Position numbers and translations under genes: made by a program. Below are positions 46,172 to 55,919 of a stretch of 64,000 bases of DNA, piece after piece. Where the stretch lies: the IMG/VR virus record IMGVR_UViG_3300045988_058019, positions 39,546 through 103,545 of that record; one strand, given 5' to 3'. The notes under the pieces are model-generated. The model saw only the letters and a program-made list of their open reading frames with translations. It searched no databases and was not told the origin of the DNA. Origin of the DNA: a virus. Each line of letters begins with the position of its first letter. The first letter of the stretch is position 1.

Positions 46172-46531
46172 TTAAATCATATTTGATACAGCAATTATAT
46201 CATATGGTTTGACTAATTGACTATCCTTAAACAAATCAAAGTCCTTAGCAAACTTTTTATTATAAACAATAGTATCTCCTACTCTATATTCACATTCTGT
46301 TAAGCATGTGGGAATCTTCAATACTACACCTGTTGAATATTCAGATTCTACCTCCTTAGTTTCAGTTTGTGTATCATACTTATTGAAACCATCTTCATCA
46401 ACTTCACCTGTAGGAATCTGCTCTGTTATCTCTTTAGTAACCATAACTGGTTCCAAAGGCTTAACTAACACATCCTTCAACATAGTATACTTAATTCCAT
46501 TTACTACTGTTTCTAGTACTTTATCTTCCAT
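46172..46531 (-). CDS. GroES-like co-chaperonin candidate
   Basis: The pattern LVKPLEP..V.....GVVLKIP......RVGDTIVYNK....D.......LVKPYDIIAV resembles Hsp10 with an insertion. Confidence 0.4.
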   Translation of the reverse strand: MEDKVLETVVNGIKYTMLKDVLVKPLEPVMVTKEITEQIPTGEVDEDGFNKYDTQTETKEVESEYSTGVVLKIPTCLTECEYRVGDTIVYNKKFAKDFDLFKDSQLVKPYDIIAVSNMI

Positions 46532-46562
46532 AATATTCTATATTTAATACTCAAATAACGTA

Positions 46563-46772
46563 TTATTTCTTATTTTGTTTCTCTAATATTAATATATTTC
46601 CGCCATTAGAACAACAATAACGTCTAGCCAAAGTAGGACAGTTTCTATTTAAGAAATAACAGCCATCGCAACTACCTATTGGATTAGACTCTATTATAAA
46701 CTATTTGTTGTCTATTGTTACTGGTATTCTATCTCTTACTATCTTTGCTAATTCCTAATCATTTAATGTCAT
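46563..46772 (-). CDS. Small Cys-motif protein (2 in-frame TAG), paralog of 47073-47261
   Basis: MTLNDQELAK...SCDGCYFLNRNCPTLARRYCCSNGGNILILEK shares the C.GC....CP......C...G.IL pattern with the paralog. Confidence 0.45.
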
Positions 46773-47073
46773 AGTCCTTTCCTTTTCCGTGTTTATCTAA
46801 GTAAAGCATAGCTATTGCATTCCAAGCTACAGCTGCTAAGTGGTTTACTTTAGTTTCATCATCAACCTTATTACCCTTCTCATATTCAAGTAAGTGTCTT
46901 AACATAGCGGCTTTATATCGTTGGTAGCCATTCTCTAAGTTTTGCCAATTATTATCACCATATTTAATAGAACCAGCAGTATAGAGCTTCACTATATCTT
47001 CAATCTCTTCTAAAGGTAGTAAATCCCAACGTAGCTTACCGTCTTGGTAATCATTTTTCTTCCCCTCTTTCAT
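46759..47073 (-). CDS. Nucleotide pyrophosphohydrolase-like protein (dATP/dGTP diphosphohydrolase N-terminal type)
   Basis: ..GKLRWDLLP...I..V...GS.KYG..NW........Y..A..RHL......VDDET.VNHLAAVAWNA.. Called from family recollection only. Confidence 0.4.
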   Translation of the reverse strand: MKEGKKNDYQDGKLRWDLLPLEEIEDIVKLYTAGSIKYGDNNWQNLENGYQRYKAAMLRHLLEYEKGNKVDDETKVNHLAAVAWNAIAMLYLDKHGKGKDYDIK

Positions 47074-47261
47074 TATTTATCTCTTTTAAGTATAAATCCT
47101 TGAGTACATAATGAAGTAATCCTAGAAGGGCAATAATAATTATATAAATCACATCCTTGACACATACCCTTTACTTCATTCTCTACTAGAGTATAAGGCT
47201 TATTACCAAAATATACTTTCTTACCTAAGTAAGCTACTTCTCTAACTTGTTTGTGTTTCAT
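47073..47261 (-). CDS. Small Cys-motif protein
   Basis: Intact ORF carrying CQGCDLYNYYCPSRITSLC. Confidence 0.45.
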   Translation of the reverse strand: MKHKQVREVAYLGKKVYFGNKPYTLVENEVKGMCQGCDLYNYYCPSRITSLCTQGFILKRDK

Positions 47262-47420
47262 AGTAATTATATTTGTGATTATCTAAAGTAGGAGTAATTA
47301 ATATTATATCACTTTACTTAACTAGACACTGTTATCACTTTACCCCTCTTACTCCCCATATAACGTCTAATATACTGTCTTAGTTACTATTTCTTTAACA
47401 TTTATTAACATTATTTATAG

Positions 47421-48140
47421 TTATTTAACGCTATTAAGTTCATTATTTTTAATATTCATTAACGATTTTAACTTATCCGCTAACTTTCTAGCATCTGGAT
47501 GAGCTGTACCACTACCTCCATCATTTAATTTCCATTCCCATATAAACCCTTTATCTGTTTTTCTGTATCCATTGCAACATTCGCTTATATGCCGTGCCCC
47601 AGTTATACGCTGAGCTTCATTTAGACCGAAATATTCAGATATAAAATTACCATGTTTATCAAACTATAACACAGGTTTACTTCGCTTCATCTTAGAAGAT
47701 TTTGTTCTATGTTTCCCTTTATTTTTGCTAACGCGCTTTTCTATTGTTTCTTTTGTTTGTTTTAAACCCACGTGTGATAATTTCATACGTTCAATTTGTT
47801 CAGGCGTAAAATTAATGCCAGAAACCCCCTCACCACCATCAGTGATGTTGTATGATTTGTGTTCCTTTTTGTATAGTTTTATATATAGTTTTTCATATTC
47901 ACAAGCCTATTTTTTAGTCAATCCTGCATGTAATATTTCATGTATTATATTATTCCACCCGTATTTTAGTATCGCTGGGGCAAACGCGGGATGTTTCCAA
48001 TTACCATTTTTCAATTTTATAACATAATTGCATCCATCCTAACCCCAGCGTTTAATCGGATTCTATCTAGTTATACCTATATAACATTTTCCACTCGGAG
48101 ACGTATGTTTATACACGCAATACTAATTATTTTTCGTCAT
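47421..48140 (-). CDS. GIY-YIG homing endonuclease (5 in-frame TAG), start overlaps thyX 3' end
   Basis: Hand translation gives MTKNNQYCVYKHTSPSGKCYIGITRQ..YNITDGGEG..FDKHGNFISEY..GFIWEWK.. then TAA at 47421. Length is a multiple of 3. It is absent from the ORF track because it is fragmented by TAG. Confidence 0.7.
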
Positions 48141-48927
48141 ATAATAACTCTTTTAGTTTTAACGATAACCGTTGAGCGTCTGGATGCGCGTTTTTGCTTG
48201 TCCGTAATGACAAGAAATGTTCCCAATCGCTCTTAAATCCTGTCATTACTAATGGTGAACATACAGCAAACGGAAGTACTTGTCTAGCTTGTTGTGGTTT
48301 CCAACCTTGTTCTATAAACTCTAAATATTGTTCTTCACAATTTTCTAAAAATATCTCAAAATCTTGTTTATGTGTTGTTCCAAGTTCATCCCACCAAGAC
48401 GGTTTAATGAAGGTAATTTCATTATTAAATTTATCTTTACTATAGTTGCAGTAACGGGTACTCTCTCTAGCGAAACTAAATACACGATGTCTTAGAAAGC
48501 TTTCTCCAGTTACTCTATCTAATGTCCATTTAACAGTAATACGTTTCTCGTGGGAAGGTGTAGGATCACATTGATATTTTAAATCATCAAGCCATTTATT
48601 TTCTACTAGTACTCGATAATTTGTAGTTATATAAGCCCTACCGTTAATACCATCTACACTTATCTTTTTTACTCTAGAATAAGGATTTATTTCGTATTTT
48701 CTTACTTCTGGAGAAGTGGCTGTTATAGTTAAATATACAGTGCCGTGCTCTAACATAGCCCCATGACCAAGCTTAATCATACGATCTACAAACTCTTTAG
48801 CGCTATTCTCTGTTATCTTATCAAGACTTTTATAACAATGGCGTCCAGCCCATTCTATTTGTTTATATACACCGTCTATTCCGGATTCTTGTTCTTTAAC
48901 TATTACACTTGAATTAATTAATTTCAT
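48127..48927 (-). CDS. thyX: Flavin-dependent thymidylate synthase ThyX
   Basis: The ThyX signature RHRxxSxxxxSxRY is present as LRHRVFSFARESTRYC. Confidence 0.85.
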   Translation of the reverse strand: MKLINSSVIVKEQESGIDGVYKQIEWAGRHCYKSLDKITENSAKEFVDRMIKLGHGAMLEHGTVYLTITATSPEVRKYEINPYSRVKKISVDGINGRAYITTNYRVLVENKWLDDLKYQCDPTPSHEKRITVKWTLDRVTGESFLRHRVFSFARESTRYCNYSKDKFNNEITFIKPSWWDELGTTHKQDFEIFLENCEEQYLEFIEQGWKPQQARQVLPFAVCSPLVMTGFKSDWEHFLSLRTSKNAHPDAQRLSLKLKELLYDEK

Positions 48928-49549
48928 TGTTTAATATTTTAGATTTATACTTACCGAAGAATTCTAATTCACCATTTAATCTAGCCTTAATTGCATCTTC
49001 TAAAGAAGAAAAACTGCCTAAATATATTTTTTCTTTATTACATTGTATTTCAGCATACCATTTATTTCGATCTTCTCGAAAACGTACTCCCAGTATTCCT
49101 GATGTATTGTTTTTAGGTAATTTTACTCTATTTTTTAAATTATCGGCATTATTGCATATTCTCAAATTTCTTTTTCTATTGTCTAATTTATCTCCATTTA
49201 TGTGATCTATAAGTAAATTGGTTTCGCCAAGAAGGATTCTGTGCAAATATTTCTGTTTAGAGTTTTTCACATATCCATTTTTATCTCTACACCATTTATC
49301 ATTGATTACTTTTGAGATATCTTCTTTATCTATTAAAGTTTCTGCAATTATATCACCGTCTTTATTGTAAAGATATATTATAGCATGATTTGAGAATTCT
49401 TCTATTTCGTTAGGATCGTATTTAGTCCTTAATTTTATTTTACCATATCTAATATATTGTAGGTAATGTTTTCCACATAGTATTCCAATGTTTGTATTAA
49501 CCGTTTTATTACTATTTCCACAAATACAACATATTTTTGTTTGTTTCAT
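48914..49549 (-). CDS. HNH homing endonuclease with AP2-like DNA-binding domain
   Basis: LIDHINGDKLDNRKRNLRICNNADNLKN (HNH) plus SGILGVRF..KWYAEI (AP2-like). An N-terminal CxxC..CxxH motif is also present. Confidence 0.8.
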   Translation of the reverse strand: MKQTKICCICGNSNKTVNTNIGILCGKHYLQYIRYGKIKLRTKYDPNEIEEFSNHAIIYLYNKDGDIIAETLIDKEDISKVINDKWCRDKNGYVKNSKQKYLHRILLGETNLLIDHINGDKLDNRKRNLRICNNADNLKNRVKLPKNNTSGILGVRFREDRNKWYAEIQCNKEKIYLGSFSSLEDAIKARLNGELEFFGKYKSKILNNEIN

Positions 49550-49769
49550 AATTAGTTATAATTTTTATTAATTATTGTTAATAACGCAATTTCTATGGAA
49601 GAGTTTACAAAAGTGTAGATAATTTAACATAAATTAAAAAATATTTTATAAAAAAATTTTTGAGATTAAAAAATATAGAATACTCCTACGTGTGCGTGAA
49701 GTACTACTCCAATTCATCCCCGGCTGTTATTAATCGCGGGAATACCCCCGCCAATAAAATCAAAGCATT

Positions 49770-49868
49770 ATGAGTTTATCAGATTGTATTTTTATTCCCA
49801 CAGATGAAGATGAGGAATATGTTGATGCATTAGCTGATGCATTGGAGTATTATGGAGGCTATGAGTAA
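49770..49868 (+). CDS. Possible 32-aa acidic micro-protein
   Basis: ATG..TAA ORF MSLSDCIFIPTDEDEEYVDALADALEYYGGYE. Confidence 0.25.
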   Translation: MSLSDCIFIPTDEDEEYVDALADALEYYGGYE

Positions 49869-49931
49869 TCATAGCTCTCCTACTCAATTCATTCACAACT
49901 GTAATACCATGCACATTAAATATATCAAGAT

Positions 49932-50075
49932 ATGAAGTACAGAATTGATGCTTACAAAAAAGGTGGTGCTGTTAAGCAAGGCACAAAGTTATTAGACAAC
50001 ATTGATGAGGCTATTAAGCTTGCATATGCTGTTGCTAATCATTACAAGTGTTATACAAGAATAGCCAGGGTTTAA
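49932..50075 (+). CDS. Possible 47-aa protein
   Basis: ATG..TAA ORF. A hairpin TAGCCAGG/CCTGGCTA overlaps the stop. Confidence 0.3.
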   Translation: MKYRIDAYKKGGAVKQGTKLLDNIDEAIKLAYAVANHYKCYTRIARV

Positions 50076-50156
50076 CCTGGCTATCTCTTAGTAAACAGTT
50101 ACAATTCATACTCATCTTAATAGAATTGCATTATTAACCATTTAAATATTTAACTT

Positions 50157-50387
50157 ATGTTAACTAAAGTTAAAGAGGTGAGTAAAAGACTCATCACAGG
50201 TGGCTTACTTTGTATAGCCATCGGAGTTGTTCAGGGATTTGCTGTACAGATGTTAGGCTTATCCTCAGTATTCCCTAACCATATTCAGCTATTTGGTATG
50301 CTACTAATGGTAGGCATCACTAGCATATTAATAGGTGCTATTATGCTATTGTTTATATGGCTAATAAACATGGTTAACAAACTCTAA
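50157..50387 (+). CDS. Small membrane protein (2 TM)
   Basis: Intact ORF with two hydrophobic segments. Confidence 0.55.
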   Translation: MLTKVKEVSKRLITGGLLCIAIGVVQGFAVQMLGLSSVFPNHIQLFGMLLMVGITSILIGAIMLLFIWLINMVNKL

Positions 50388-50406
50388 GCCACTCTAAATG
50401 GTTATA

Positions 50407-50437
50407 GCGGGGAGTCGTGCACTCCCTGCTTTTTCTT
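50407..50437 (+). terminator. Rho-independent terminator
   Basis: GCGGGGAGT-cgtgc-ACTCCCTGC followed by TTTTTCTT. Confidence 0.7.
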
Positions 50438-50764
50438 CACATCCAATTCACACACAGCCAATTATACTGGGTGTACTATAGTACCGTAGTACGTGTTATT
50501 TAGTACTCAGTATCGGATATTCAGTATCTGGTATTGAGTACTTACACCGGCTGCGCACGAACCCCATTCAGCTGCGTCTGCCAAGAATCGGAGGAAAACA
50601 GAAAAGTTCTTCCCGCAATATCATGTGAGCGTTATATAATGATTACGTTTAGATGTGGTAGTGTATAAAAACCACTCCAGTTTGAGCATACTGTAAAAAG
50701 CTCATCATTACTTCACCAAGTAATATATAGCCTTTATAGATTATTCACCAAAAAACATATTATC

Positions 50765-51481
50765 ATGGCAAAGTTTCAGTTATTAAACCCAGTATTAAGA
50801 GTAGTAGGTCAAAAGTATGATGAAAAAGGCATACCTGTTGGAGAAATCAACAAAAATGTTCAAAATGCAGGTAACAAATACTTGTATTCCCAATTAATCA
50901 ATCTTGACTGTCCTTGGGAAGGAACACAAACCTACACAAGTTTTCAAAAGCCAGTAGTAGCCATATTTGAGCCACTACTAAGCATGCAACATGGAGGCAT
51001 TGGTCAAACAGACCAAGCCATACCTGAGATGTTCCAAACTATTGAAGGTTGCTACGTGTCTTGGAAATCACCACAACCATTTTACAAGAAGCACTTGTCT
51101 GCACATCCAGCAAATCCAGCTAAAGGCACACCAGCTATTATGGCGGGAGACATTGTAAAACAAGGAGGAGTTCCAGTAATATACACAGAATTAGTTGTAT
51201 TCTGTCAGTATTACTATGACAGTCGTGGAGAAAAGCAATGGATGAGAGGAAGCACTCCTGAAGAAGTCGGAAGAGCAGCATTCAGTAATTATTGTATTCC
51301 AGCTAACGACACTCGCGCATTAGCAGCAGAACAACCTCAACAACAGGAAACAGTTGGAGGGCAAACTATCAACACAGTTAATCCTAACCAACAACCTCAA
51401 CAGCAAGCTCAGCCTCAACAAGCTCAACCGCAGTTTGTACAAGGCCCAGCTCAACAGCAAGGTGCCGCATTTGGCGCGTAA
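50765..51481 (+). CDS. Hypothetical protein with Gln/Pro-rich C-terminal tail (SSB-like architecture?)
   Basis: Intact 238-aa ORF. A globular N-terminal part is followed by the low-complexity QPQQQ..QQAQPQQAQPQ tail. The function is a guess. Confidence 0.55.
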   Translation: MAKFQLLNPVLRVVGQKYDEKGIPVGEINKNVQNAGNKYLYSQLINLDCPWEGTQTYTSFQKPVVAIFEPLLSMQHGGIGQTDQAIPEMFQTIEGCYVSWKSPQPFYKKHLSAHPANPAKGTPAIMAGDIVKQGGVPVIYTELVVFCQYYYDSRGEKQWMRGSTPEEVGRAAFSNYCIPANDTRALAAEQPQQQETVGGQTINTVNPNQQPQQQAQPQQAQPQFVQGPAQQQGAAFGA

Positions 51482-51969
51482 CCACTAATTAGAACAAGAG
51501 AATAGCATAGCAAAAATAATGCGCTTGTTCTATATTTTTTATTAAAATAGACTCACAAAGAAAATGTATTTGTGAGTAAATAATGGTGAAACCACATTGC
51601 TTTAAATAGTAATGTGAGGACCATTCCGCCCTATTTGCAATTATGAACTGCATAGTGACAGAGACCTAAGAAAGGGAAGCAAATGAGCGTTGATATCGTG
51701 GCGAAAGCTGCGTTCCACCATTGTACGTAGGGGTGTGTGGGTAATCGGCTAAAGGAACGTTCTATTATAGTATGTTGCGAGTACTATAGTAAATAGAGTA
51801 AGCATGGCGACTCGGAAAGACGAGCTTTACTTGCTGGTAGGGTAGTTTAAACCAGTAGTGCATATCTTTTCGGCGGTTTACTAGTAACGCACTTAAAAGT
51901 TTAAGGATAAACTGTACAGGAAACCAATTCCGATTTATAAGTTTGGTGACAACTTGAAAGAGAGTGACA

Positions 51970-51992
51970 GCCTGGAAAGACAGGCATTTTTT
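51970..51992 (+). terminator. Terminator-like hairpin inside a long intergenic region
   Basis: GCCTG-GAAAGA-CAGGC followed by ATTTTTT. Confidence 0.55.
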
Positions 51993-52066
51993 AGTCATCT
52001 ATAGTATTAAAAAGGCTATAGTATAGTAGTAATACCTACTCAAAGAGCACGGCGGTGGGCTCATAG

Positions 52067-52096
52067 TCAGGTGATAAGCCTATTCCTGACATTTTT
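52067..52096 (+). terminator. Terminator-like hairpin
   Basis: GTCAGG-13 nt-CCTGAC followed by ATTTTTATT. Confidence 0.45.
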
Positions 52097-52118
52097 ATTA
52101 ATTCAAAAACAAAAAGTA

Positions 52119-52379
52119 ATGAAATATTACGCATTTATGCCATTTTGGCATTGGTCTGAAGTTATGGATGAAAGACCAACTGATGGAGATTACATTCTTG
52201 GTAATATTGTAAGAACTACTGATGCATTACTAGCTCTTACTTTGTATTCAGAAACTCCATGTCCTGCATCTCAACTAATAGAGGCTAATAGCGAAGAAGA
52301 ACTTGAAGCTAAAATAGAAGAGATGAAACAAAACTATAAGAATCCAGAATGGGTTTCTAAACTTGAAGAATTTCTATAA
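52119..52379 (+). CDS. Hypothetical protein, 86 aa
   Basis: The ORF-track ORF 52071-52379 starts at a non-ATG codon inside a hairpin. The in-frame ATG at 52119 (MKYYAFMPFWHW..) is preferred. Confidence 0.5.
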   Translation: MKYYAFMPFWHWSEVMDERPTDGDYILGNIVRTTDALLALTLYSETPCPASQLIEANSEEELEAKIEEMKQNYKNPEWVSKLEEFL

Positions 52380-52390
52380 ATTCTTATTTA

Positions 52391-52475
52391 GCCCGAATGG
52401 TGAAATAGGTATACACGAAAGACTTAAAATCTTTTGACCATTATGGTCGTGCGAGTTCAAGTCTCGCTTCGGGTA
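52391..52475 (+). tRNA. tRNA-Leu (anticodon UAA), type II
   Basis: GCCCGAA acceptor, anticodon arm AAAGA/CTTAAAA/TCTTT, long variable arm GACCA-tta-TGGTC, T arm GCGAG/TTCAAGT/CTCGC, 3' strand TTCGGGT (G1.U72). Confidence 0.85.
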
Positions 52476-52850
52476 CAAAAGGATAGCTATCGTTTACTTC
52501 TCACAGACAGTTCTCAATAAAAAACTCAATAACTTCGGAGTAGCGTAAGCTACGGAGTTGTGTAACAATCCCAAGACATTGAGGGCACCAGTTTCTTATA
52601 ATAGTATAGTTGGCAGACGTAAGGGCGTACTCAGCTGCCAGATGAAGCAGTGAATTCTGTGGACTGATAGAGAACGTGTGATATTCAGGCTATGCGTTGC
52701 GCAGTTATAAGTTTTAGGTGTAAAATGCAATTTAATCATTAACTAAATAATCATATGGATAGAGACACAGAATTAGGTATGTTATCAGTAATAATCACAA
52801 TGATAGTATTATATCTATCTATATGGTTATTTAACTAAAAATGAACAGAA

Positions 52851-53075
52851 ATGAATACTCTAATTAGTAAATTATTAGGAACTGCAGTAGGAGTAAAAAT
52901 AGGGAATAATACTATTATAGGCTTATTAGTAGGTGTAGCATGGGATGAAAATTTACAAATATCAGAGTTATCATTATCTCCTTCAGAGAATAATGTAAAT
53001 ACTTATCTCATTGACACATATATTATGCCTTATTTTGACGAACACCTAAATATAGTAGTATATACCGCATTATAA
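52851..53075 (+). CDS. Hypothetical protein, 74 aa
   Basis: Intact ORF-track ORF. Confidence 0.45.
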   Translation: MNTLISKLLGTAVGVKIGNNTIIGLLVGVAWDENLQISELSLSPSENNVNTYLIDTYIMPYFDEHLNIVVYTAL

Positions 53076-53727
53076 TATTAATACAGATTTATTTCGCAAA
53101 GTAATTATTCTATGAAATGCAAATTATCCTCATATGTTGTGAAACATAATTTAACCACGTTAAAGTATAATAATATAAGTTAGGTATGTCCTTATAAAGA
53201 CTTAGGTAGCGCTAAGGACTATATTATTATACTTCTCTTCTTAAACCACCGATGATACGTGACAAGTCGTATATGGAATGAGTGTGAGTCAAGAAGTAAA
53301 CTATTCCGCCTTTATATGCACATTAAAGGTTAAAGATTGAATAGTAATCCACGTGGTAGATGCAGTTGTAGGTTCCAACTGGTGCACATCTTTTAGAGAC
53401 AGCAACCAAGCTCGAAGTAAGCAGAGCGAAGATTAGCTATACCTCGATAGGCTTAATGAGGTGCTTAACAGTCTGACACTAACTGAACAATAAGTGTCTT
53501 TTAAGTTCACCCTCAAGAAGGGAAAATGTTGAACTCTACAGATATGTAGACAGCTCCATTAACTCTAGCTGTAATAAAGAGTTATTAATAGAGTAAGAGA
53601 ATAGAAACGTGTATATCTACGTAGTTCTTAGCATAGCTTATAGTCGCACATCGTAACTGATGACTATATTAATGCGCTTACTCTATTATTTTTATTGCAT
53701 TAACTAACAAATAAATAATATCAAATT

Positions 53728-54174
53728 ATGGAGAAAATAACTTGTATTCAGCAGTATGTAATAGATAATCTTATTGAAGATGAGATATTATCTACAAACA
53801 GTCTATTAGATGCAGTTTCTGAAGTATGTTCAGAAGAACAATTTAATAACATACTATCTATTCTTATTGAAACACCTATTCCTTGTACAGACATACCTAA
53901 ATTGGAGCATAAAGAAGACTCAGGAAATAAAACAAACTTAGTAAGAATGAGTATGTTTATACCTGAAGAAACTAACACTTTAGCTAAACTAGGCATAATA
54001 AAAATACTAAAAAAACAATTCAACTTTAGTCTTAACCAAACTAAAGAATATGTAGATAGTTGCATAGGAAAGTATAGTATACTACCCAATGCTATTCTAC
54101 AAACAGAAGTAGATGAAGTTACTAAAAAATTAGAACCTTACAATGTAATTGTATCTACAGCAGTGTTTTATTAA
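53728..54174 (+). CDS. Hypothetical protein, 148 aa
   Basis: Intact ORF-track ORF. Confidence 0.5.
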   Translation: MEKITCIQQYVIDNLIEDEILSTNSLLDAVSEVCSEEQFNNILSILIETPIPCTDIPKLEHKEDSGNKTNLVRMSMFIPEETNTLAKLGIIKILKKQFNFSLNQTKEYVDSCIGKYSILPNAILQTEVDEVTKKLEPYNVIVSTAVFY

Positions 54175-54206
54175 TAAGTTAATGCAGTAAATATTACTGC
54201 ATCTAT

Positions 54207-54321
54207 ACTGTGAGAATCAGTGTCAACTTTGTGGGGCTTATATTCAGTTATTCTTTATGTAAAATAGGAGTCATGACCTAATAATATCATAATATAAACT
54301 GATATTAGTGCAGAGAAATCA
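54207..54321 (+). ncRNA. Structured RNA module, copy 1 (UGAGAAU hairpin ... UGUGGGGCUUAUAU - variable hairpin - UAUUAGUGCAGAG)
   Basis: ACTG-TGAGAAT-CAGT hairpin, conserved TGTGGGGCTTATAT, variable stem TCAGTT/AACTGA, conserved TATTAGTGCAGAGAAATCA. Confidence 0.5.
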
Positions 54322-54469
54322 AAGACAATATACATTTTAGTGCGATTGATGTATACGAGTAAAGGTCATGACAAGGTTCATGATTTAAGGGTGTCTTAAA
54401 CGACAGGTTGAGAGCAACAACGTAAAAGCACAATTGCTAAGTCAGAGGAACCCATCTCTGGCGCTCTTT

Positions 54470-54557
54470 AAGGTGAGAATCCTTAACAATCCTGTGGGGC
54501 TTATATCTCGTGTTTATAGTAGTGGTGTCACGAGTATTAGTGCAGACGTTAAAATCA
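54470..54557 (+). ncRNA. Structured RNA module, copy 2
   Basis: AAGG-TGAGAAT-CCTT (a compensatory stem relative to copies 1 and 3), TGTGGGGCTTATAT, stem CTCGTG/CACGAG, TATTAGTGCAGACGTTAAAATCA. Confidence 0.5.
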
Positions 54558-54891
54558 GGAACAACTATATTAGACGGCAATATTACCTTCTTCCGGTCGC
54601 AAATGTCATATAGTTTAATATAGCCAAGTTTGTTTCGTCCTTAGATTTACAGTATTTGCCATTTGTTTATTTAATCATTGTTCGTTCTTAATTATACAGA
54701 TTGATTAATTAAGCATAACAGTAAGCGTACTGTTGTCAGTATATTTATATGTGAATATAGATATACTGATTGCACTCAAAAGCTGGCCTTCACGTGGCGA
54801 GTGTGTTAAGTAATAGGTCTAAAAAATCTTCCAGTTTTACCTATGAAAACTAACAGCTACCTTTTTATTAACTTTAATAACTATCAAAAAT

Positions 54892-55077
54892 ATGTATAAA
54901 AAACTATCAAATTTAAATGTTGGAGATATATTCCAATATGGAGACACTATATATGAAATAGTAGAAAAAGGAGTATGGCATGCAAAATGCAAGTATATTA
55001 ATGAAACTCCTAAATCGGAATATTCACCTAAATATTTATTTATAAATTTTAGTCTTTATACTCGAGTTAAAGTTTAA
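54892..55077 (+). CDS. Small hypothetical protein, 61 aa
   Basis: Intact ORF-track ORF. Confidence 0.45.
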   Translation: MYKKLSNLNVGDIFQYGDTIYEIVEKGVWHAKCKYINETPKSEYSPKYLFINFSLYTRVKV

Positions 55078-55088
55078 TAATTTTAAAT

Positions 55089-55171
55089 GCCCAGATGGCG
55101 AAATAGGTAGACGCTAAGGTCTTAAACACCTTTGACCATTGGTCGTGCGGGTTCGACTCCCGCTCTGGGTA
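55089..55171 (+). tRNA. tRNA-Leu (anticodon UAA), second diverged copy
   Basis: GCCCAGA acceptor, anticodon arm AAGGT/CTTAAAC/ACCTT, variable arm GACCA-t-TGGTC, T arm GCGGG/TTCGACT/CCCGC, 3' strand TCTGGGT (G1.U72). Confidence 0.85.
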
Positions 55172-55200
55172 CAATTAGTAATTAACATTAAAATCTATTT

Positions 55201-55506
55201 ATGATAAAAGTAATTAAATATTATGAACTAAATCGAATTAGTAGAATATTAGTAATAGCAATAATAACATATATTATTGGCATTCTAATTAAAAGAGAAT
55301 ATGAAGAGTCCAAAACTGTATATAATTTTGTAGATTTACAAATGAAGTACAAGAATTATATATTAGTTAATAAAGAGAGAAGTATTACTAATGATGAAGA
55401 ATATAAGTTCACATTACGTAATCCTATTACAAATCAAAATAGTACTGTATACGTAAAATACTATCTATATCATCATGTATATTTCGTTGGAGATACTATA
55501 AAATAA
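55201..55506 (+). CDS. Hypothetical membrane-anchored protein
   Basis: Intact ORF with an N-terminal hydrophobic segment. Confidence 0.5.
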   Translation: MIKVIKYYELNRISRILVIAIITYIIGILIKREYEESKTVYNFVDLQMKYKNYILVNKERSITNDEEYKFTLRNPITNQNSTVYVKYYLYHHVYFVGDTIK

Positions 55507-55525
55507 CATTTTAATCAATAAAAGT

Positions 55526-55894
55526 ATGAAAAGAGAAGAAATTAAATCTTACAAAGATGCTTGCAAAGTAATAGGTAGGAAACCTAGAACTTATAAAGAT
55601 AAGCATTTGAATCTGTATGAACAGCTTAGTACAATTATAGCTGCTCTAAATTTCATTAGTAATGGTAATAAACCTTGGACACCTAAGTTCGATTATTATT
55701 ACATCTATTCTTGGTTGTATAGAGAAGATGAATATAATAAAACTGCGGGTTTGTTCCATTTGAATTCTTACCGTGGGTTGGGCTCTTCCTCTGCTGGTGT
55801 CGGGGCTTCTCTGAAGATAAAAGAAAGAGAAGATGGAAATTACATAATGGAAAACTTTGAAGAACTACTCCAAGATTGGTTTTGGGGAGATTAA
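55526..55894 (+). CDS. Hypothetical protein, 122 aa
   Basis: Intact ORF-track ORF. Confidence 0.5.
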   Translation: MKREEIKSYKDACKVIGRKPRTYKDKHLNLYEQLSTIIAALNFISNGNKPWTPKFDYYYIYSWLYREDEYNKTAGLFHLNSYRGLGSSSAGVGASLKIKEREDGNYIMENFEELLQDWFWGD

Positions 55895-55919
55895 TTACTA
55901 ATTTTAAAACATTATCAAA

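Noticed and set aside
51765-51998. 77-aa minus-strand ORF
   Set aside because: It lies wholly inside a hairpin-dense, GC-richer intergenic region on the opposite strand to all neighbouring genes. It is more likely noncoding.
52071-52118. ORF-track start of the 102-aa ORF at 52071
   Set aside because: It is a non-ATG start inside a terminator-like hairpin. The in-frame ATG at 52119 with an A-rich leader is more plausible.
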